A stretch of DNA of 64,000 nt from Paraglomus brasilianum (lineage: Eukaryota), in NCBI GenBank assembly GCA_910592345.1, contig CAJVPI010000032.1:1-64000 (forward strand), read 5' to 3'. Positions 53,270-64,000 of the stretch are shown here, in pieces (position 1 is the stretch's first letter; each line of letters starts with the position of its first letter). The notes beneath the pieces were generated by a model that worked only from the letters and a program-made list of their open reading frames with translations, ran no database searches and was not told the DNA's origin. The translations under genes and the position numbers were made by a program.

Positions 53270-53940
53270 GATAAAGTGTTGTTATCCAAGAATGTCCGGG
53301 CTGTGATTTAGTAATAGAGTATTGGTTAAGATTGCTAACGCATATCAAAACTTAGTATATCTCAATCTTGTAATAGTAAAAGACTGCATGCAATTATTTA
53401 CGTGTTATTTGTAATGCGATGGACGTTAGGCAGTGTAATAGTTATTTTCGTGTTATTTTCGCGTCATTTACGTGTTATTTGTTTGACATTTACATAGAAT
53501 GTTGTGAATAAATTGCAGAAGCGTGTCCTGCGCAACTGTCGCAACTTGGAAGAACTATATTTTCATAATTCTAACGTAGTTGGGGAAACTCGGAGCAATT
53601 AATACCGTATTCTTTGGAAAATAAGCAACACCCGAAAATAAGCAACACTTTAGAATAAATAATTTACCTTTATAAATGTATCCAATTGATTATTTTATTA
53701 TTACAATAATAATAAAGAAAATTGTCGGAAATGATTAATCCGTGATATGAGTCTCATCAATGATGTCAATGATATCATCCTCGCCAATGACAAAGTCAGT
53801 GGTAATTTCTTTCGTTTATTAAACTACCCGAAAATAAGCAACACTATAACAAAAAAGTGTTGCTTATTTTCCAAAGAATATGGTAATCCATTTGTGACAC
53901 CGTCGCTATTGTATCTTGATATCAAATTCCTGAACTAGGT
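53270..53940 (+). pseudogene. Probable leucine-rich-repeat (F-box/LRR-like) gene relic interrupted by a MITE
   Basis: Fragments SNRVLVKIANAYQNLVYLNL, KIAEACP and LLYLDI, with stops and frameshifts. Confidence 0.35.
53605..53883. mobile_element. ~280 bp pogo/Tc-type MITE
   Basis: TIRs CCGTATTCTTTGGAAAATAAGCAACAC / GTGTTGCTTATTTTCCAAAGAATATGG (one mismatch), TA on both flanks, and internal CCCGAAAATAAGCAACACT subterminal repeats. Confidence 0.88.
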
Positions 53941-54976
53941 ATTCATTCCAGATTAATATCTTTGATATTTCCTGTTGTTCATTCATCACTGAAACCATGT
54001 TACGGTAAGTCTAACGCAACTATCGGAGAAATGTCCGGAATACTGCAAAAATATTAGTAAAAAAGCTCAGTCCAAATATTCGCATTGATTAATCTGATTC
54101 TAAATCAGTCGGGTCTGAGACTAGTGATTTTAGTTGAAATTCTTCCTCGTCCGATAGTTATTATATAATGAAAACTATTTTATGTCTACACTCAATGATC
54201 AAATCAGAGGAAACTCCTACCTAATTGACAGATTATAGCAATAAAAAGCCTTGTAGTAAGGTCGAGTAAACAGCACATGAGTAAGCCATTAATTACCTCA
54301 GCTAAGAGTTTGGGTAATACCAGCGCTATAGTAAATAATAAATATATTTATACAAGTTGACTCAACCCACCAATACAATTCATGCATTTGTATTGCGGAC
54401 TCAAGAGCGTTCGAGTATTATTCGCTGAGGGACACGTAGCCCATGTGATCCTTACGACAGAAATATCAACATTAGACAGAACGTAAAGCTCTGAATGGTT
54501 CTATTTCTTGATGGTGATCACGTTTAGTTCTATCAATGAACGGCCAAGAGGTAGAATGGTAAACGCTTGTAGAAATAAGCCAGCAACTTTCACTGTTGAA
54601 GGTTAAATTAATAAATCTTGATCAGTATTAGGAATGTATTTGCTAGTCGTTGTCCGCTTTGCCGGGACCTAGTGGATAGGATAGATGCTAAGTGTATTTG
54701 CATGATTTGATGAATCGGTTGTATAATGCGTCCACATTTAACTTCGAGATGAACTCTTGTCGCCTTCATAAATACGTCCTTGGATTATTTAAGCTATATT
54801 ATGTATTCATGTGACTGACTCTATTCACGACTAGCACGTGTTATCAGGTAAATTGAGGGCGTAATTCTCACTTTTTCAATACTAATACCCGTATTTCTCC
54901 ACTCACTCGCGACCTCACGTTTATAGATTTTATTATTTATCTCTTACTTAAGTACGCTTTCGATACGGTTTTATAA

Positions 54977-56349
54977 ATGTCTTCGAACGACAAAAAGCCG
55001 ACAGTAGTTGAAGAAGACGACGACTTTGACGACCTTCTCGATGGTTTGATCTTTTATCTCTTTACCCTGCCTTGTCTTGGTTTGATAATCTGAACTTATC
55101 CGTTATACACTATTACAGATATTCTAGATGATTTTACACAAGAGCCACCAGCACAATCAGAAGGTGGCCATGCCTCGTCAAACAAAGATAGCACTCAGAA
55201 ATCTCCTACAGAAGAAGACTTGGAGAGAGAAGTCGAAGAACTATTCAATGATAAATCATTTGAGGATACCTTTCATGCACTATTAAAGGCTTTTGATGAC
55301 GCCAATATAGACGATTCTGCTAATGCTAGTACTGCAAATGAGAGCCAGAGTGGAGAAACGGGTGGAACAAAAGGAGGGTCGTTTCAGGATCACATAAATC
55401 AGACAATGAATATGTTGAAGAACAGCTCTGATCAGCTTGATGTACGTTAACAAGCAACTGTTCATTTGGATTTGGGTGAGAGTGGAGAGGAGAATGTAAC
55501 AAGAATGGTATGGGGTATGGTGTCATGCAGTTTTTTATCATTGCAAATTAGCTCAATCATGCTAATTTCATAACCAAGACTGAAATGACAGACAACGAAG
55601 ACTTGTTATCAGACTTTGTGAAGGCATTGGACAACATTGCTGAAAGCGGTGATTTTACAAATTTGGTCGAGAATATGATGGATAAACTAACGACTAAAGA
55701 CCTCCTCTACGAACCGATGAAGGAACTCGGTATGAAGGTACTCGTATCAATTATTTTCGTTTATTTTCACATTTGGCTACCTCCCGATCAACGCATACGT
55801 CGTGCGATACCCCTTTTGTTACTATGTTATTTGTTGTTCTATAAACACTTTCTTCTCCTTCCCATATAAACTCGCTCTAAATTCTCCAACTGATTAATCA
55901 AGATTTCATCCATGAATCCCATGACACTTTATATGATTGTTATTCTTTTAAGTACCCGCAATGGCTTAAAGATAACAAAGAGAAAGTTTCCAGGGAAGAT
56001 TACGAGAGATACGAGAAGCAATATGGGTGCGTTCAGAAGATTGTTGCGCATTTTGAGGCGCCGGAACCGAGGGCAGATGATGAAGAACAGAAGCAGGCCA
56101 TAGTTGGTCTCATGGAAGAAGTAAGACTGATTACAGAAGCGCTATAACTTTTGCTGCTTTATTTGTACAATTGGGCTTGCATTAATTGTTATCTCTTGTG
56201 CTTTATAGATGCAGAAGCTGGGTCATCCGCCAGAAGACATCCTGTATGAATTTGCACCTGATATGAAGTTTGATGAAAATGGTTTCCCTGAGCTCCCACC
56301 GGATCTGGTTAATCAGTTTGACTTTATGCAGAATTACAGTTGTAAATAA
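54977..56349 (+). CDS. PEX19: Peroxisomal membrane protein import receptor Pex19, 5 exons
   Basis: DDFDDLLDDILDDF (Pex3-binding), SFQDHINQTMNML, MMDKLTTKDLLYEPMKEL, YPQWLKDNK...DYERYEKQY, MEEMQKLGHPPEDIL. Confidence 0.93.
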
Positions 56350-56748
56350 AATTATAATGAAAATAAGCATAAGCATAATTATTTATCTTTTATTGAGCGA
56401 TGCTACAAGTATTTAGAAACCTGTGTCTCTAAACTCAAAAATCATTTTTGTTTGATTAAATCAAGCTGCTTGTCTAATCTTTTGCATTCTGGCCAACGTA
56501 TCCAAATCACAGCGTTCACCTAGTGCAACAGTTCAATCCAATAAATCGTTGTGCATCGCGAAGAAAAAGGGTTTCTTCAAAAAAAAAAAAAATAGTTGGA
56601 AATGGAAAACTTTACCCAGGTGATACTGTCTATAATAGTAAATGCATAGGAGTTGTGAACAAGTTCCAATATTATCTTTTTATTTTGATAAGTGGCTTCC
56701 ATTAATCTACTTTATTTACTGACTAAATTATGTTATGGGATGTACAGA

Positions 56749-57626
56749 TTATTGTAAATGTCGAAACGTATAAGTCCAGGCCGCAGCTGCACTCGCACAA
56801 ACAACGGACGCAACCGACATTGCTCTTATTCCGGCTAAATGGAAATTTAAATGAGAATGATTCTATAGCAAACAAAGAGGAACAGCAACAAATTATGGGT
56901 CTTACCAGTTGATTTGAATATCGCTCCGACTAAAGCCCCAGCTGCTATGTTATTCACAGCATCGTGACGACCTCTTATTGTAGTAATCACACCATTAATG
57001 CCATTATACCCCATTGCTAAAAAACCAGGAGACAGTGAGTATTAATAGTGAGCATATTAAACAGCACCGCAGTGCGTAATTCGATGGGGAGAACTTGAGA
57101 CGTGAATAATATACGAACCTAATATTCCGCATGAATTGCCAATAGAGGGTCCTCGTCTCGTTACTGAATTTAGTACTGTGTTTATTCGTAATTTGAAATT
57201 CGAATTTGGTCCACGGGTACCTTCTACTAAACCCCACAGACCTCCAAAAGATAACCCTATGTCCCGTGTCATACCAATAAATACGCAAAAACTTTACCAT
57301 TTAATTCTTCAATCACGAGATCTCATTGATACTTTCTCTTCCTACTTCATTGATTCTACACACATACCGGCCAAATAAGTCGTTCCGGTTCCATAGCATA
57401 GATCATCCAGCACTCCTCTACTCGCAATAGGTCCGGCTGTCATGGGCACGTCATCGACTTGTACGAACTCTATTTCTCCCAACTTCCCAGTTCCCAGTCC
57501 AGCTAGCTCCCTTATTTGAGCACTTCCAAAATCAACGTTGCCGAGGATATCGGAGACGTTCACTGTGTCTGACTGGGAATAAAAGGATGTGTTGGAGGTT
57601 TGATCTGCTGGTGGGAAGGAGGACAT
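56749..57626 (-). CDS. TIM23: Mitochondrial inner-membrane translocase subunit Tim23, 4 exons
   Basis: SRGVLDDLCYGTGTTYLAG, GGLWGLVEG, KLRINTVLNSVTRRGPSIGNSCG, YNGING..RGRHDAVNNIAAGALVGAIFKST. Confidence 0.95.
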
Positions 57627-58386
57627 GGCAGGAAGAGGGAGATTTAATAGTAAGTTTGCAGAAAGAGTTTGATCGTCGAAAAAAATGGCAAATTGATCGG
57701 CAAGCAATTTATACGTCACGTGAATTAAGTATCGAAGTGCACATATGCTACGTTGTACATGAAAAATTCTCACGATCTTGAAATTGGATATGAATGCTAA
57801 ACGACCTTGTAAAGCGTCATTTAGTCTATTTTCCAGTAAATATGTGGTTTGCTTGCCATTATTTTCTTTCTTTGAAACCGGCGGCGTAAAGCTCTTTCAA
57901 AGTCAAGGTGTGGTACTTTTTCTTCGCGTAGTTGCCGACTTTAGTGCTCGATAATAATAAGCCTGATTAATAATTTACAGATAGCATGCTGTTCGCATTT
58001 TCATTGAGGTTTTTAGATGTCGGTTGATTACTGATTTTAATAGCTTAAAACTCACTTATATATAATAAAGCCACCATACAATTTTGTTGTTGTTCTGAAG
58101 GCTGTTTGTAAATTTGCCAGGATTACAATCGACGGTATCAAAAAACCATACTGACAGTCAGCTTTCTGACAGACCCTAATGTCCGGGGGAATTGTAGATT
58201 CTTAAATTTGTGTTTGTCCATAATGACTCTTCATGTTGATCTTCAACTTCACGGAGATAATAATAATCACAGATATAACTTAATCACAAAAAGTATACTG
58301 ATGTAGCTATAAAATATGTGCGATTGTCTGAACGCAGTGATCTCATAAGTTTCTGACGTGCCACAATGCAAGCGAAGGGAATGAAT

Positions 58387-58412
58387 AAACAAACAAACAA
58401 ACAAACAAACAA
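58387..58412 (+). repeat. (AAAC)6 microsatellite
   Basis: Read directly from the sequence. Confidence 0.9.
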
Positions 58413-59328
58413 TGGTGTAAGATCAGATTATGGGAATTGCATTTCTCGATACAATTGGGCATTTATAAGCATGTTTTATTTTTTCAAAAACCGTCTTGGA
58501 TATGCGTTCGACAGAATGTGTTTCAGACCAGGCAATAAAAGCACCATGAACAACGTTACTTACCGCAATCTGGATTGTTATTATTATTCGCATTTAAGCA
58601 AGCTATAATGCTGTGTGTTCACAGAAACAAATGTCGATCGATAAAATATGAAAATAAGCACAACCAGCAATACAGTATGTCGTGAGTTGTGGTGAAAAAA
58701 ATAAAGTTTTTGACTGAATTATGCAAATGCCTAATTAATTATTTGGTATTTCGAAATGTTATTTTACTGCATATTAATAATCCCTCTTTCTCCATAGCAG
58801 TTACAATATGTTTCTTCTTTGATGTACTTTTTATATTCTCATATTTCTATTGCTTTAAATATCAGATGAGCTCAATCACTCAGGATAATCGGAAACAGCC
58901 AAAGCACAGTCCTGTTATCTTTTTTATAAATTAAAACAATAACTAATATATGTAATTAATCGAATAAAACTAGTACAAACGAAAGATCTTTTAATAGAAT
59001 TAAAGTAAGTAAATTCGTAGCAAACTATCAGTATCACCCGATGCTGCTAATAATAATAATAATAATAACACCAATCAATTCTCATACTGATTTATAACAA
59101 TTCGATCATGTACATTCTCCCGGTTCTCTATCTGCTGTATTAAACTTTTTGCAACGCGCCCCATTTCCTCAATATGGTCAGAAAGGAACCAATGAACAGG
59201 GATAGTTCGTGTTACACGGACAGAATAACAAGGTTCTGCTGCCGGAGTTTCGATCATCATTCACGATAATTTAAAAGAGGTCCGTACACATAGCAAACCG
59301 GCAAATCAGTAACTTTTGACACACATTA

Positions 59329-61738
59329 ATGGCGTCAACTATGGAAGACCATATAAATACTATCACCACAGCCGAACTATTAGAACACTCTGCAACCAAA
59401 CGGTCCCAAGACGAAGTAACAGACTATTCTTCGGAACATATAAATACGTTTACATTGGCTGCTAATGAGAGTATGCTTGCCGGCAAGGTGAGAAGACCGT
59501 CGTGAGAAGCAACCATTTGGTTTGCTTCCTGCTTTCAAACGACGTGCCTCCTCGTTACGCTATGTGTAATTCCTCAACCTTCAAATAGTAGTCAATCGGA
59601 CTAACGTACATGTTCCAAACAAACAGACGATTGATAGGAGTATCATAACTGAAGAAGAAAAGGAAGCTAATAAAGAGTTTTTTGTTGGTAAAGCTTCAAG
59701 GACACCTGAGAATTACATGTGCATAAGAAACTATATACTTGACACCTGGGTTAAGCGACAACCAAATTACGTCAGCAAAACAAGCGTTCGTCCTGCTTTG
59801 AAGGTATATTTTTTAATGCTACGTAACTGCTTACATATGCTCATATTGGGTAGACCTATTACACTACATGTGTACCTAAAGTAATAACCATTCAATAGCA
59901 CTATGGGGACATGAACACAATTGGTCGAGTACATGCTTACCTCGAGAAGATCGGAGCCATCAACAAAGATTGTTCAATTGCTACTGCAGTGAGGACAAGA
60001 AGTCAGTTAAAAAGAAAGCCTAGTGATTGTGAGGACAGAGAAAAACTGAATGACGATGACTTCGAAGAGTATGTATTAACATGCCTCAAGGCGGATTGAA
60101 GGCGGGGGTGTCGGAATTTAGTTCGCATGTCTTTCGAATCCAGCATGATAAGAAAGCGTCGAAGGAGTATAATAGATGAGAGGTAGTTAAGGCTAGGTAG
60201 CCTTTTGGTTCACTACGTGCCAGATCAGACGGAAGTTAATAGGTTTTTTTTAATAGAGATGAGGATATATTTTCAAGAGACTCTCCAATGGCTGACACTG
60301 ATGGTAAAGATCATATCCGTGCGTCGTATACATGGCATTTGTCACCAATGCGATTCAATCGAACATTTTTAAAGACAAAACAGGTCGCCGAAAGGGAAAA
60401 CTTCGACGGAAACGGAGAGCGTCTGAACAAATATCCTTTTCCTTTTTTTTTTTTTTTAAAAAAAAAAAGAATAATAATACAATGTACTTACTTCTCATTA
60501 TGTCTCCTCTTACACACGTTCCTTAATTGGTTTCACACACTGATGATGATCCTCAAGACCCATTCAGGCTGATTTCACCGAATACTTATGACGCGTTCAA
60601 TCCTCCACCATTCCAAATTGAAATAGTATCCAATGCCAAGGTATTAGTTTTGCGCACGATCACAACCGCTACGGAGAAGCAACTAATTTTTGGGCCTTGC
60701 TTTGTAATAGCTTGTGATGGATTTTCATGCACACATGACTTATAATGAGATAATTGGTCTGCTCGGGGGGAAATATGATGACAAACGACGCGTATTGAAA
60801 ATTTTTATGGCCTTTCCCTGTCAAGGCACAAGTACTGGTATTGAGGTAGTTTTCACTGCGATGAAAAGTCGTTGAACGAATTATTCAAATTTACTTATGA
60901 TATTGACGATTACATGTTAACATAGTGCGAAATGGATCCAGTTTCTGAGATGCATGCAAATGAAGCCTTTGCTGCACGTGGATTCGACGTTGTTGGATGG
61001 TATCACTCGCATCCTACCTTTGACCCACAGCCGTCATTGCGAGATATAGAAAATCAAGCTCAGTATCAGGTATGGAAAAAAACAACCAGACTTGATCTTG
61101 GAGATATAATGTAGCATGAGGTTAACCCATTGTTTTAATCAACTGTAGGAACTATTTCGTCATGAGGATGGCGTGGAACCGTTCATTGGTATAATAATAA
61201 CGCCATATGACAAACTGAAACCGTCAAATGTTTCTCAATTCCAATTTATTTTTGTTGGACCGGATCTCGAGCCTCTGGGCTCTCACAGTAAGTTCGTGTT
61301 GGCCACATCTAACGGGTAAACCGTTATCTGATCACAGCTTTCTGGTAGGATTGCCATATACCTGCGATGCCGACACCATTCGTAATGACACTTTATCGGA
61401 CGAAGTGTTTGCACAACTCGTTGAGATAGTGAGAGATTTTCAGGATAGCGCCAAGTGAGTAGTCTTACCAGTTTTATATAGCGCCATTGTTGGGCCTTTT
61501 TATGATACTAAGCTATATTATGTCAATTAGTCGAGTGAATATGTGGGATGTATATCGCGCCAAGGAAAGCACTCTACGACTTGACAAGTTCATAGAATCA
61601 CTGACGGCACATTTGTTTCTCTCACCTGATGAGCAGCAATGTTATCTTGATAGAATCAGGGAGATGGTTGAGATCGAATTCAGTGAGAATGGAGAGAACT
61701 CAAGTGGCAGTAACAGGCAGAGTGATGATAGTAATTGA
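59329..61738 (+). CDS. MYSM1: SWIRM + MPN/JAMM metalloprotease, MYSM1-like histone H2A deubiquitinase, multi-exon
   Basis: [101 protein letters not shown], with the JAMM E/HxH/S/D residues intact. Confidence 0.88.
60431..60538 (+). other. U12-type (minor spliceosome) AT-AC intron in the MYSM1-like gene
   Basis: 5' splice site ATATCCTTT, branch point TTCCTTAAT at 60519-60527, AC acceptor about 12 nt after the branch A. Splicing removes an in-frame TAA and keeps the reading frame. Confidence 0.88.
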
Positions 61739-62759
61739 TACATGTGAACGAGGATAAGTATTATTTGATCACGGATCCTTATTGAATAGATTGTGTATAA
61801 TATTTAACTAATCAATTAATTGGTTTGAACTGGCTAATGCCTGGACTCATCGTTTAATCTTTTTAATGGGATTGTACCTTTTTGACTACAACGATCATTG
61901 CCTGTAGACCCCGCAAACCTTGTGTTTTTTGAAAATTAATTATTGAACAGACTTTGAACTCATTAGAGTTGCTTGATTCAATTTGCCGCGCTGTTTAGCA
62001 GCAGTAGATTCCTTTTCAGAACCTCAATGCCATTACATAACCTCCAAACCTCCTAAGCGTACTATATCTCCAAAGACTATTGATTTGATGAATTACCATA
62101 CCTATACAGTTTTAAGACAGTGATAATCTCTGATGTAGCTGCATTATGACAGAATATCTTCATGCTATTATTGTATTTCGATAGGTAAAGGGGAAAAAGA
62201 TGCTTTTACTCTTCTTTTTATCGTCTTCTCAACATGACGCATGTGTAGAAGCAGTCAGTTCGATTAACTCAGCAGCTGCTGTCATTACGTCATCAAAGAA
62301 TGACTTTCAAAGAATGCTCCCGCCTAGAAGTTAAAATTATGGTAGCCGGAGAGGAAAATTAGGTCTATTTTAATTAATAGACGCGAATTATGATAATTTA
62401 TTGTAAACACGAATTCATGATTAAAGACATTGACCCTCAACCAATAAAGTGCAAGAATCACGATATTTTCCTATTTTGAAGCCTTCACGTGACAAAGTTG
62501 AATCTTCACCTATACATCGAGTTTTCTGATCCCAGTATCGATAGAAACGTTGCGTACGTAGCAACGAGGCCAGTTGATCCGACACTAATTTATGGGCAGG
62601 ATCCGATCGTTATTGGAAGTTTATTTTGTTGCGGTGGCTAATAAACAAAGGAACAACTTCTCTTGTTCTCCTTTGCTCCTCGACAGGACACTCGGACGAC
62701 ATCAGTATTCGGAAATGCACTATCTATATCCACAGATTCAATAATCAGACGAAACATAT

Positions 62760-64000
62760 TAATATGGAAGAATTCAAGCCAATGTCATCAACCTGTCAAT
62801 GTCTGTGGGTCCTCGGTAGTGGTACAAACATAGGAGATAAATTGGCAAGTTACATCGAGATGATTCCTGAGGCTCAAAGTTTATTGATAGATAATATGAA
62901 TGTTAGTGATGTTTTGTTTTGTTTTTTTAATTATGAATTTTTTTTACTTATAGCCTTGCATATTGGAATATACTTGATTTGACTGAGAATAACTCTTTTC
63001 TTGATGAATGATTGGGAAGAAATGGGTGAAAGTTTTGATAATGAAGTTAAATTGATTGAATCAGATTTTCTTAATGTAGAGCATTTTTTGATGAAGTTGA
63101 AAAAGTAAGTTAAAAGAAAATATTTGTTTTATTTCAACACTTTAAAAAATGTTGCTGACTCAATCACAAAAAAAGATGATAGTAATAATAATAAGGATAT
63201 CCTCAACATGATTGATAGATTAACCCCAGAAATTATTGGAATGATTGAAAAGTAGAGCTTAGTGATGAAGAAGAAAAAAGTTATTTCCATTTTGAGATGG
63301 GCTGTTGTCACATAGTGAGTGAAGCAAAATATAATTATCAAAAACTTTATTTTGTTTTTTTATGGTCAATTCTTATGCATATAGTAATAGTGCTGAAAAT
63401 CATGCTGAGCTGACTCTACTACAATTTAATAGATTGGACAAGAAGATGCTGTCATATATATTAGAACTATAGTCTGTTGTAATTAAATGAGCATGCAGAT
63501 GCAGTAGGCATAAGTTCTGATGTGGAAAGAATTGATCTTCCTGTTTCTGAGGCTGACTTTGACAATGCATTTCCTAACATGCTTGCTAAAATATTCTTAA
63601 TATTAAATAGTAAGGAGCTAAAGATGAATGTGTAAGTATAGATAATAATAAGCAATATTAACAGTCTGATTTCATGTAATCTAATTCCATCTTATTATTA
63701 CATAATTTTATAGTGGGGAAATTGTCTGTTGGGCATCAGCTTGCTGCCAAAATGAAGGTCATTCTGTTGGTCTCAGAGCTTGCATTGGACAAAAGTGTGA
63801 TTTTTGAGGAACTTTGAAAAAGAGTATCAACAAGCTTGAGGCTCTCATAGGTCTCAGAAGTGATGGACTCCTGGAGCCTCATCAAAAAAATTTTATGAAG
63901 ACAGTTGATCTGAGTGTGGCAATGTGGGATATCTTATATATGTTTTTTAAAGAGAATTCTAAAGCACCTAACTCTGACATTCATTCCACATTAACATTTG
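62760..64000 (+). pseudogene. Decayed multi-exon repeat-family gene relic, running off the window
   Basis: Fragments LWVLGSGTNIGDKL, GEIVCWASA..RACIGQKCD and KLEALIGLRSDGL, with stops, frameshifts and strong CpG depletion. Confidence 0.5.

Overview
Eukaryotic, intron-rich, AT-rich fungal DNA. The gene content (expanded tyrosine-kinase-like family, MYSM1-like gene, a U12 intron, CpG-depleted TE relics) points to an early-diverging fungus, most likely Glomeromycotina; this is an inference. Two gene-rich blocks flank a ~17 kb block of decayed repeats (about 30.4-47.5 kb). Genes recognised: a kinase 3' fragment, MRPS8, a small OB-fold protein, IDH2, a kinase-only VIP1/PPIP5K, a BTB-like protein with PPx[T/S]Px[S/T] repeats, EAF3/MRG, DGA1, a membrane-anchored PHP-domain protein, a disordered protein with a DQENIPP motif, a POLG/MIP1 paralogue, PEX19, TIM23 and a SWIRM-JAMM (MYSM1-like) deubiquitinase. 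There are also two complete MITEs and several TE/pseudogene relics. Most notable: (1) an intact-ORF POLG paralogue with all three exonuclease motifs kept but polymerase motifs A and B destroyed; (2) EAF3 fused through two extra exons, absent from the ORF track, to a GATA zinc finger; (3) a PPIP5K lacking its phosphatase domain; (4) an AT-AC minor-spliceosome intron in the MYSM1-like gene. All exon boundaries and motif alignments were read by eye, without tools.
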